From the NCBI GenBank assembly GCA_946185925.1, contig CAMHLH010000001.1:1-44480 (forward strand): DNA of 44,480 nucleotides, in the 5' to 3' direction. How positions within the stretch are numbered: the stretch's first letter is position 1; each line of letters starts with the position of its first letter. The notes below the pieces were generated by a model that saw nothing but the letters and a program-made list of their open reading frames with translations, was not told the origin of the DNA and ran no database searches. Shown one piece after another: positions 36,683-44,389 of this stretch. Position numbers and translations under genes: made by a program. Origin of the DNA: an uncultured Treponema sp. (GTDB lineage: Bacteria > Spirochaetota > Spirochaetia > Treponematales > Treponemataceae).

Positions 36683-36720
36683 AATCCCCCGTCCCCTGTC
36701 CATGGGCGGGGGATTTTTTT
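36683..36720 (+). terminator. Intrinsic terminator; right copy of the direct repeat flanking the TA module
   Basis: aatcccccgtcccctgtccatgggcgggggattttttt. Confidence 0.8.
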
Positions 36721-36730
36721 GCCCGCGCGC

Positions 36731-36761
36731 AAAAAAAAAGCGGAATCCGTTTGGATTCCGC
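36731..36761 (-). terminator. Intrinsic terminator after tRNA-Pro
   Basis: Minus strand gcggaatcc-aaac-ggattccgc followed by a T-run. Confidence 0.85.
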
Positions 36762-36766
36762 GAAAG

Positions 36767-36840
36767 TCGGGCTAACCGAATTCGAATCGGTGACCCCAAG
36801 TCCCCCAGACTTGTACGCTAACCAGCTGCGCTATAGCCCG
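36767..36840 (-). tRNA. tRNA-Pro (anticodon GGG), CCA not encoded
   Basis: Minus strand CGGGCTA-TA-GCGC-AGCTGGTTA-GCGT-A-CAAGT-CTGGGGG-ACTTG-GGGTC-ACCGA-TTCGAAT-TCGGT-TAGCCCG-A. C1-G72 and A73 as in tRNA-Pro. TGaTATACT promoter upstream. Confidence 0.93.
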
Positions 36841-36943
36841 ATGAATGAATCAGAGTATATCACAAAATCAGATTGTTGGAAGCCCGCGGAACAAGGAAAG
36901 CGCGCGCCGTTTTTCTGAAAAGTTCCCAACCACATCTTAAAAG

Positions 36944-37038
36944 TCCAAAATCATGCATTTTTTGACATTTTCAGACCTCGGTTTTCGTGCGATATTTCTT
37001 AATATAACTTGAATGCAATGTACAAAAAGGGGTGCTTC
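36944..37038 (+). promoter_or_regulatory. Conserved ~95-bp upstream element shared with the PL1-CBM77 gene
   Basis: Second colinear copy of the element at 30972-31066. Confidence 0.75.
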
Positions 37039-39141
37039 ATGAAAAAAGTAATCAAGGCCGGAGCCTGCGGAAGAATAGCCGCGGGCCTGATTTCGATGTC
37101 GCTGGCGTTCTATGCCGCAGGGATGACGGGATGCTCGTCCTCGTCGGACTCGACCTCGGAGGAAGCGGAGAGCGCGGAAAGCGGGAATGTAGAGCCGGGC
37201 GCGGAGCAGAACGCGGACGAGGAGAGCGAAGACATTCCGCAGTCCGCGGAGGGGCTTTCGGCGTTCGTCTCCCTCAACGTGAGCGACATGGGCGACAAGA
37301 CCTACAAGGCCAGGGAGAAGACGAACAACGTCGTGGTGAACGCCAGCGAGGAAGAGAGCGTGGTCGTGGAGAAGGGGAAGGCGACAGTCGGCTCCAAAAA
37401 GTACACGAAGAGGCTGAAGCTCGGCGGCATCGGCTCCGAGACGAACAGGAGCGTGACGATTTACGTCGGCGCGGGAAAGTCGGGCACGCTCACGGTCGAC
37501 TGCGCGTCCTCGTCGTCGAGCGACGCGACGCGGGAGCTCAAGGCAAACGGCGGCAGTCTCGGAAAGGCTCCGACCAAGGCCGGCACCCTAAGCGCGGCCG
37601 TGACCGCCGACGAAAGCGGGTACATATCGCTCTATTCCGCGAACGGGGGCGGAATAAACATCTACGGAATATACTGGTCGGACAGTTCGGCACCGTCGTC
37701 GGCAGGGGGCGGGGACGACAAGAAATGCTCAAGCGAGGCATCCACCCCGGCGCTTGACAATTCCTCGACAGCACCCTCGTACAAGAACGGACTCAAGGTC
37801 GGCACAAGGACGGACATCTCGTCGGTCGCGACGGACAGCCTCCAGTCCTTCCTGTACGTAGCCCCAGACGGAACCCCGACGGGAGAGGGGACGAAGGCCA
37901 GCCCGATGGACATCGCGACCGCCATAGCGAAGCTGCGGCCGGGAGAGGCGATTGTATTGAAGGGAGGAACATACGCGTTCAGCGAGACCGTGAAGATCGC
38001 GTACGGAAACAACGGAGAGAGCGGAGCGAGGAAGTACATCCTCCCGGAAAGCGGAAGCGCGGCGGTGTTCGACTTCTCGTCCCAGCCCACGGCGGATTCG
38101 TCCCGCGGAGTGCAGCTCGACGGAGACTACTGGCACATCTACGGAATCACCTGCTACAACGCCGGCGACAACGGAATGTACGTCACCGGAAAGAGCAACA
38201 TAATCGAAAGGTGCGTGTTCCAGGCCAACCAGGACACGGGCCTACAAATCGCAAGAAGGGCGTCATCACTGAGCGACATGGCGGACTGGCCGGCGGACAA
38301 CCTCGTCCTCAACTGCACCTCGTTCGACAACAAGGACGACAAGACCGGGGAGAACGCCGACGGATTCGCGGCGAAGCTCACCTGCGGAGAGGGGAACGTG
38401 TTCGACGGCTGCATCTCGTACGCCAACTGCGACGACGGCTGGGACTTGTACGCGAAGCCGGCCACAGGCCCGATAGGCGTCGTGACGATAAGGAACTGCG
38501 TGGCGTTCCAGAACGGGAAGACCACCAGCGGAGCGAACTACGCCAACGGGGACATGAACGGATTCAAGCTCGGAGGCTCGAACAACCAGTGCCCCACGGC
38601 GCACGTCGTGGAGAACAGCGTGGCGTTCCTGAACGGAAAGGACGGATTCACGGACAACGGAAACGGAGGTGCGCTCAGCGTCTCGAACTGCTCTTCATAC
38701 GGGAACGTCAACTCCAACTTCAACTTCTACAGGACGCTCGCCGGAGGCTCGTTCAAAAACCTCGTGAGCATGACAGGCTCCGTGGTCCCCGCCCAGGTCG
38801 ACAAGTTCGGCGGCAAGGAGGGAGAGGTCTCCGTTCCGGCCCGAATAGCCGATTCAGTCTACCTCGTGGACAAGAAGAAGGCGGGCTTCTATTTTGTCGG
38901 AGAAGAGAGCGAAATCTTCAACGGAAGCAAGACGGGGACCCCCGTGGCCGACCCGTACAAGTCGGAGCTGAAGTCGACGAAGGCTCCGGCCGTCGACCTC
39001 TTTGTGGACGCCTCGTGCAGGAACAGCGACGGAACGGTGAACCTCGGCGGATTCCTGGAAATCAAGGAAGGCTCGACCCTCCAGACGCTCGGAGCGGCGT
39101 TCGGGGACGAAGCAGAGACCGTAATCCCCTGCGGCCTCTAA
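37039..39141 (+). CDS. Pectate lyase family 9 (PL9) lipoprotein with an N-terminal accessory beta domain
   Basis: Start reassigned to ATG 37039. Lipobox MTG|C. YVAPDG, LKGGTY, NQDTGLQI, GENADGFAAKL, NCDDGWDL, NGFKLGG. Confidence 0.92.
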   Translation: MKKVIKAGACGRIAAGLISMSLAFYAAGMTGCSSSSDSTSEEAESAESGNVEPGAEQNADEESEDIPQSAEGLSAFVSLNVSDMGDKTYKAREKTNNVVVNASEEESVVVEKGKATVGSKKYTKRLKLGGIGSETNRSVTIYVGAGKSGTLTVDCASSSSSDATRELKANGGSLGKAPTKAGTLSAAVTADESGYISLYSANGGGINIYGIYWSDSSAPSSAGGGDDKKCSSEASTPALDNSSTAPSYKNGLKVGTRTDISSVATDSLQSFLYVAPDGTPTGEGTKASPMDIATAIAKLRPGEAIVLKGGTYAFSETVKIAYGNNGESGARKYILPESGSAAVFDFSSQPTADSSRGVQLDGDYWHIYGITCYNAGDNGMYVTGKSNIIERCVFQANQDTGLQIARRASSLSDMADWPADNLVLNCTSFDNKDDKTGENADGFAAKLTCGEGNVFDGCISYANCDDGWDLYAKPATGPIGVVTIRNCVAFQNGKTTSGANYANGDMNGFKLGGSNNQCPTAHVVENSVAFLNGKDGFTDNGNGGALSVSNCSSYGNVNSNFNFYRTLAGGSFKNLVSMTGSVVPAQVDKFGGKEGEVSVPARIADSVYLVDKKKAGFYFVGEESEIFNGSKTGTPVADPYKSELKSTKAPAVDLFVDASCRNSDGTVNLGGFLEIKEGSTLQTLGAAFGDEAETVIPCGL

Positions 39142-39173
39142 GGCCCGGCGAGGAGGCGCGGTCGGCAAAGGCA

Positions 39174-39893
39174 TCACCGCCGCCGGCCGCCCTCCGCCCT
39201 GTACTCCCTCGGCGAGACACCGTAGAGCTCGCCGAAGACCGCGCTGAACTTGCTCTGGCTCCCGTAGCCCACGCTCCTCGCGACCTCGCCCACGCTCATG
39301 TCGGTCGTCGAGAGAAGCTCGGCGGCCCTCTCCATCCTGTGGACCTTCATGTGGGCGGCGAGCGACTCTCCGTAGACGTCCTTGAACACGGACTTGAGCG
39401 TCGTCGGATTCATGGCGAACATCCTTGAGAGTCCGTCTATCGTCACCCTCTCGGAGAGGTTCCCGGTCAGGAACTCGTGGATTCTCTTTATCTTCTCAAC
39501 GTGGTCCTCCATGTACCCGCTCCTCTCGTTCACGCGCTCGTGCCCGCCGCCGAAGTCGGGACAGGCCACGGACATGAGCCTCTCCGTCATCGAGTGCAGA
39601 ATCCCGCACTCCGGCCCCCCGCTGGCGGTGTAGAAGACCTCCTTGCCGTCCCGGCTCCCCTCCACGAGGCCGGCCTCCTTCAGCACCCTCAGGTGGTGGG
39701 AGACGGCCGGGGTCGTCATCCCGAGCATGGAGGCGATGCCGATGACGCATTCCTTCGAGTGGCAGAGCAGCCAGAAAATCTTCAGCCTCGTCGAGTCGGA
39801 GAGCGCCGCGAAAATCTCCGAGACCGACTGGAAGCCCCCGGACTTGGAGACCTCCTCTATCAAGAAATCCCTCCTGAAATATTCCTTTCCCAT
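39174..39893 (-). CDS. ArsR/SmtB winged-helix fused to AraC-type HTH regulator
   Basis: FAALSDSTRLKIFWLL...VSHHLRVLKEAGLV...DGKEVFY (ArsR), then LKSVFKDVYG...RMERAAELL...SVGEVARSVGYGSQSKFSAVF...GVSPREYR (AraC). Start reassigned to ATG 39893. Confidence 0.88.
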   Translation of the reverse strand: MGKEYFRRDFLIEEVSKSGGFQSVSEIFAALSDSTRLKIFWLLCHSKECVIGIASMLGMTTPAVSHHLRVLKEAGLVEGSRDGKEVFYTASGGPECGILHSMTERLMSVACPDFGGGHERVNERSGYMEDHVEKIKRIHEFLTGNLSERVTIDGLSRMFAMNPTTLKSVFKDVYGESLAAHMKVHRMERAAELLSTTDMSVGEVARSVGYGSQSKFSAVFGELYGVSPREYRAEGGRRR

Positions 39894-40020
39894 CTTTCCC
39901 CCAAAAAAATCAAACGCCCCCGACCGCATCCCGAACGGAAATATTATTCTCCCGAACGGAAATTTCACCCTCCCCCGGAGTTGCGGGAAGGGCGGAAGCG
40001 AATGTATCTTTATATCATAA

Positions 40021-40038
40021 ATTAAACGATTGCTTAAT
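40021..40038. promoter_or_regulatory. Imperfect palindrome; probable ArsR/SmtB-type operator of the metal-efflux operon
   Basis: ATTAAACGATTGCTTAAT (14 of 18 positions self-complementary) in an AT-rich stretch about 50 bp upstream of the HMA gene. Confidence 0.6.
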
Positions 40039-40089
40039 CGATTGTAAAAAAAACTGAATTTCCCGGAGACGGGACAGAAGGAGACAGAA

Positions 40090-40308
40090 ATGAAGAAGAC
40101 CTACAAAATCGAAGTGGACTGCGCCGCCTGCGCGGCCCTCATGGAGGACGCGGCGAAGAAGACCGGCGGAGTGGCGGACTGCGTGGTGAATTTCATGACG
40201 CAGAAGATGAACGTGGAATTCGAGGATGGGGCGGACGAGGGGAAGGTCATGAAGGACGTCCTCAAGGCATGCCGCAAAGTGGAGAGCGACTGCGAGATAG
40301 AGCTATGA
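40090..40308 (+). CDS. Stand-alone heavy-metal-associated (HMA) domain protein
   Basis: VDCAACA metal-binding motif. 72 aa. The stop overlaps the ATPase start. Confidence 0.9.
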   Translation: MKKTYKIEVDCAACAALMEDAAKKTGGVADCVVNFMTQKMNVEFEDGADEGKVMKDVLKACRKVESDCEIEL

Positions 40309-42251
40309 CGAAGAAGCAGAAGAAGACCCTAATCAGAATCATCGTGGCGGCCGCGGCGACTGCGGCCCTCGCGCTCGCGGACAGATTCGTCTCGATAGTC
40401 GGGGTCCCGTTCGGCTCCGCGCTCATGGGCTGGCCGAACCTGCTCCTCCATCTGGCGGTCTACGCCCTCATCGGCGGCGACATACTCAGGAAGGCCTTCC
40501 TCGGCGCGAGGAACGGAAGGCTATTCGACGAGAACTTCCTCATGGCGGTGGCCACGGTCGGAGCGTTCGCCCTCGCCGCAATCGACGGGAGCGGAGACTA
40601 CACGGAGGGAATCGCGGTCATGCTCTTCTACCAGATTGGGGAATTCTTCCAGAAGATGGCTGTCGGGAAGAGCCGCCGGAACATAGCCGAGCTGATGGAC
40701 ATCAAGCCGGACAGCGCGAACGTGGAGAGGGACGGCAGGCTGGTCCAGGTGCCCCCGGAGGAAGTCGCGGTCGGGACAGTCATAACGGTGCGCCCGGGGG
40801 AGAGGATTCCGATAGACGGCACGGTGGTCGAGGGCGAGTCGGCGCTGGACACGAGCGCGCTCACGGGAGAGAGCCTTCCGAGGGGCGTGGGACCCGGCGA
40901 CAGCGTGTACTCGGGAAGCGTGAACGCGAGCGGAACGCTCAGAATCAGGACTGAGAAGCCGTTCGGAGAGTCCACAGTCTCGAAGATTCTGGAGCTGGTG
41001 GAGAATTCCACGTCCAAGAAATCCAGGTCGGAGGCCTTCATCTCAAGGTTCGCGAGGGTCTACACGCCCGCGGTCTGCCTCTCCGCCCTCGCGCTCGCCG
41101 TTCTGCCCCCGCTGGCGAAGACCATGCTCGGAACCGGCGGCTTGTCCGCTTGGACGGACTGGACATACAGGGCGCTGACCTTCCTGGTAATCTCCTGCCC
41201 ATGCGCCCTCGTCATATCGATTCCGCTGAGCTTCTTCGCGGGAATCGGGGGAGCGAGCCGGGAGGGCATCCTCGTCAAAGGCTCCGTGCACCTGGAGAGC
41301 CTCTCGAAAGTCACCACGGTCGTGTTCGACAAGACGGGAACGCTGACAGAAGGCGTGTTCGAAGTCTCCTCTGTGAGGGGCGCGGACGGGAAGGAGGCGT
41401 CGGGGAGCGAGGCCGCGTCCATACTGGAGATTGCGGCCCACGCGGAGTCCTCGTCCACGCATCCTGTCGCCAAGGGCATAGCCAGGGCGTACGGCGGGAA
41501 AATCGACATCTCCAAGGTGTCGGGGACGGAGGAGACGGCCGGAATGGGAGTCAAGGCGGAGGTCGGCGGCAAGGAAGTCGCGGTCGGGAACTCGGCCCTC
41601 ATGGGAACGCTCGGCATAGACGCTCCGGAGACAGGCTCCGCCGGGACGGTCGTCCACGTCGCGGTCGGCGGGAAGTACGCGGGCAGCGTCTCAATCTCCG
41701 ACAAGGTAAAGAAGAATTCGAGGGAGGCCGTGGCCGCGCTCAAGAGGAGCGGAATAAAGAGGACGGTCATGCTCACAGGCGACAGGGCGGAGGAGGCCGA
41801 GAGGGTGGCCGGAGAGCTCGCCATCGACAGCGCGTACTCGGAACTGCTTCCGGCGGAGAAGGTCTCGAAGGTCGAGGAAATCATATCCAGCAAGAAGAAG
41901 GGAGAGATGGTCTCGTTCGTCGGCGACGGAATAAACGACGCGCCGGCGCTCGGAAGGGCGGACATAGGAATCGCCATGGGGGCGATGGGCAGCGACGCCG
42001 CAATAGAGGCCGCGGACATCGTGCTCATGGACGACGACCCGCTCAAAATCTCCAAGGCCGTGAGGATATCCAGGAAGTGCCTCGGAATTGTGACGCAGAA
42101 CATAGTCTTCTCGATAGGCGTCAAGGCGGCCTGCCTCGCGCTCGGCGCCGCAGGGCTCGCCGACATGCGGGCGGCGATATTCGCGGACGTGGGCGTCATG
42201 GTGGTGGCCGTGCTGAACGCCATCCGCGCGCTGGATGTGAAGAAGCTCTGA
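40305..42251 (+). CDS. cadA: P1B-type heavy-metal (Zn/Cd) translocating ATPase
   Basis: DENFLM, LTGES, ISCPCAL, DKTGTLT, HP, GDGINDAPAL, FADVG. Start reassigned to ATG 40305. Confidence 0.92.
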   Translation: MTKKQKKTLIRIIVAAAATAALALADRFVSIVGVPFGSALMGWPNLLLHLAVYALIGGDILRKAFLGARNGRLFDENFLMAVATVGAFALAAIDGSGDYTEGIAVMLFYQIGEFFQKMAVGKSRRNIAELMDIKPDSANVERDGRLVQVPPEEVAVGTVITVRPGERIPIDGTVVEGESALDTSALTGESLPRGVGPGDSVYSGSVNASGTLRIRTEKPFGESTVSKILELVENSTSKKSRSEAFISRFARVYTPAVCLSALALAVLPPLAKTMLGTGGLSAWTDWTYRALTFLVISCPCALVISIPLSFFAGIGGASREGILVKGSVHLESLSKVTTVVFDKTGTLTEGVFEVSSVRGADGKEASGSEAASILEIAAHAESSSTHPVAKGIARAYGGKIDISKVSGTEETAGMGVKAEVGGKEVAVGNSALMGTLGIDAPETGSAGTVVHVAVGGKYAGSVSISDKVKKNSREAVAALKRSGIKRTVMLTGDRAEEAERVAGELAIDSAYSELLPAEKVSKVEEIISSKKKGEMVSFVGDGINDAPALGRADIGIAMGAMGSDAAIEAADIVLMDDDPLKISKAVRISRKCLGIVTQNIVFSIGVKAACLALGAAGLADMRAAIFADVGVMVVAVLNAIRALDVKKL

Positions 42252-42284
42252 AACTCTGCTATATTTTCCTCCGGAGGGTTTTCG

Positions 42285-44342
42285 ATGAGGCTCGAAGACA
42301 TATTCGGATACGTCAACAAGAACGCGGACAGATTCCTCGCGAGGGACAGGTCGGGAAAGGGCTTCGTGTGCCCGGTCTGCGGAAGTGGAAGCGGCCCGAA
42401 CGGGACGGGGATCACGGAGAACCCACGCTCGCCCGGCCACTTCACCTGCTGGGGCGGGGGCTGCTTCACGAACAGGAGCGTGGCCGACATACTCGCGGTC
42501 AAGAACGGAATCGACCCTGACGACGCGAAGGAAGTGGCCAGAAACGCCGCCCGAGAGCTCGGGCTTCCTCTGGACGACGCGGAGGAAGCGGCCGGAGAGG
42601 AAGGCGGAAGAACAGGGCGAAGGAAAAGCGAAGAGGAGAGCGAACGCGGACAGGACGTAGGAATCGGGGAATTCTTCAGGGAATGCCACGGGGACATCGA
42701 AAAGACCGACTACTGGAGGCAGAGGGGGCTGTCGAGGGAGATTGTCGACGAGTTCAACATCGGCTTCAGGAAGGGCTGGAGGCACCCCAAAACGCCCGGC
42801 GCACCGGCAAGCGACCGGCTCATAATCCCAACGGGAGGCGGAAGCTACCTTGCCCGCGCCACGTCGGCGGAGGTCGGCGGCCGATACTCCAAGCAGAAAG
42901 TGGGGCCGGCCCGCATATTCAACATAGGCGCGCTCTACAAGGCCGAAGGGCCAGTCTTCGTGGTAGAGGGCGAAATCGACGCGATGAGCGTAATCATGGC
43001 AGGAGGACGCGCGGTGGGGCTGGGGTCCCTCTCCATGGCCGGAAGGCTCCTGGACGAGGCCGCGGCCTCCCCGAACAAGCCGCCCCTCATAATCGCGCTG
43101 GACAACGACGGCGGAGAGGGGGGGGCCGGCAACAAGGCCCAGATGAAAATCGAGGAGAAGAGGGAGGAGCTTGAGGGAAGGGGGCTTCGGCTGCGATTCG
43201 CAGACACGGACAGGCTCTTCCTCGGCTGCAAGGACGCGAACGAGGCCCTGCTCAAGGACAGCGGACTTTTCCGGGCGGCTGTCGCCGAGGAGGAGGCCAT
43301 GGCGGAGGACGAGCGCGAGAGGGAGAAGGAGAGCGGACTCTTGGAGCTCAAGAGGGACTCCGCGCTCGAAGCGCTGCCCCTGCTCATCAAGAAGATAGAA
43401 GAGGGAGGAGCCTGCACGCCAACCGGATTCAAAAGGCTCGACAGCGAGCTTGACGGGGGGCTTTTCCCGGGACTCTACATAATAGGAGCCGTGAGCGCGC
43501 TCGGAAAGACGACATTCTGCCTGCAGATGGCGGACCAGATAGCCTCGGACGCGGAGAGGGACGTCCTGATATTCTCGCTGGAGATGTCGAGGGAGGAGCT
43601 GATGGCGAAGAGCATAAGCCGCCTGACAGCCTCCGGCCCGCTCTCGGCCGGCAGGGGACTGTCGGGGGCGAAGACCACAAGGGGCATCCTGGACGGCTCC
43701 AGGTACGGAGGCTACAGCCAGTCCGAGAGGGACGCCATAAGCCAGGCGGTGGACGAGTACAGGAAATTCGCGGGCCGCGTCTACATCCACGAGGGGGCGG
43801 AGGAGACCACGGCGGACACAATCAGGCGGATTTCGGAGCGACACGCCGCCGCTTCCGGAACGCCCCCCGTAATATTCATAGACTACCTCCAGATAATCGA
43901 CCCGACCGACCGACAGCGGTCCATGACCGACAAGCAGGCCACCGACAGGAACGTGAAGGCCCTCAAGACGCTCAGCCGGGACCTCGGCACCAGCGTCGTC
44001 GCGATAAGCTCATTCAACAGGGAAAACTACAGCTCATCCGTGAACATGGCCAGCTTCAAGGAGTCCGGCGCGATAGAGTACTCAAGCGACGTCCTCCTCG
44101 CCCTCCAGCTCAAGGACATGGACAAGCTCGACGACGACGGCCGCGGACGCAGGAGCCGCGCGAAAACGATAAGCGAGAGGGCCGCGAGGGACGCGAAGGA
44201 GCTGCGGCCAGTCTCCGTCCAGCTCAAAATCCTCAAGAACAGGAACGGAAGCCGCGGAGCCGTCGACTTCGACTTCTACCCGGCCTTCAACAAATTCGAG
44301 GAGACCGGTGACGACGACGGCCGCTGGATAAGGAAAATCTGA
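42285..44342 (+). CDS. Fused primase-helicase (Zn finger + TOPRIM + DnaB-like SF4 helicase)
   Basis: CPVC...CWGGGC zinc site. TOPRIM VVEGEIDAMS, ALDND, KDANE. Helicase PTGFKRLD, GAVSALGKTT, FSLEMS, IDYLQ, ESGAIEYSSD, KNRNG. Confidence 0.93.
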   Translation: MRLEDIFGYVNKNADRFLARDRSGKGFVCPVCGSGSGPNGTGITENPRSPGHFTCWGGGCFTNRSVADILAVKNGIDPDDAKEVARNAARELGLPLDDAEEAAGEEGGRTGRRKSEEESERGQDVGIGEFFRECHGDIEKTDYWRQRGLSREIVDEFNIGFRKGWRHPKTPGAPASDRLIIPTGGGSYLARATSAEVGGRYSKQKVGPARIFNIGALYKAEGPVFVVEGEIDAMSVIMAGGRAVGLGSLSMAGRLLDEAAASPNKPPLIIALDNDGGEGGAGNKAQMKIEEKREELEGRGLRLRFADTDRLFLGCKDANEALLKDSGLFRAAVAEEEAMAEDEREREKESGLLELKRDSALEALPLLIKKIEEGGACTPTGFKRLDSELDGGLFPGLYIIGAVSALGKTTFCLQMADQIASDAERDVLIFSLEMSREELMAKSISRLTASGPLSAGRGLSGAKTTRGILDGSRYGGYSQSERDAISQAVDEYRKFAGRVYIHEGAEETTADTIRRISERHAAASGTPPVIFIDYLQIIDPTDRQRSMTDKQATDRNVKALKTLSRDLGTSVVAISSFNRENYSSSVNMASFKESGAIEYSSDVLLALQLKDMDKLDDDGRGRRSRAKTISERAARDAKELRPVSVQLKILKNRNGSRGAVDFDFYPAFNKFEETGDDDGRWIRKI

Positions 44343-44389
44343 CGCCCACATCCCCCCGACCATTCCCACCACATTTACCGTATTTTCCA

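Noticed and set aside
33859..36761. Integron cassette array (attC sites)
   Set aside because: The repeats lack RYYYAAC/GTTRRRY core boundaries and no IntI tyrosine recombinase is present. Kept only as a repeat-delimited array.
29588..36840. tRNAs as att sites of an integrated island or prophage
   Set aside because: No integrase and no duplicated tRNA 3' fragment was seen.
8758..43844. Many long overlapping or antisense ORFs (e.g. 8758-10557, 12863-14617, 17257-19371, 26479-28122, 41060-42697, 41691-43844)
   Set aside because: These are shadow ORFs caused by high GC3 codon bias. They are Arg/Gly/Pro-rich or antisense to well-supported genes and show no motifs.
42285..44342. Prophage or phage-plasmid, suggested by the primase-helicase and sigma factor
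   Set aside because: No terminase, portal, capsid, tail or lysis genes were recognised anywhere in the circle.
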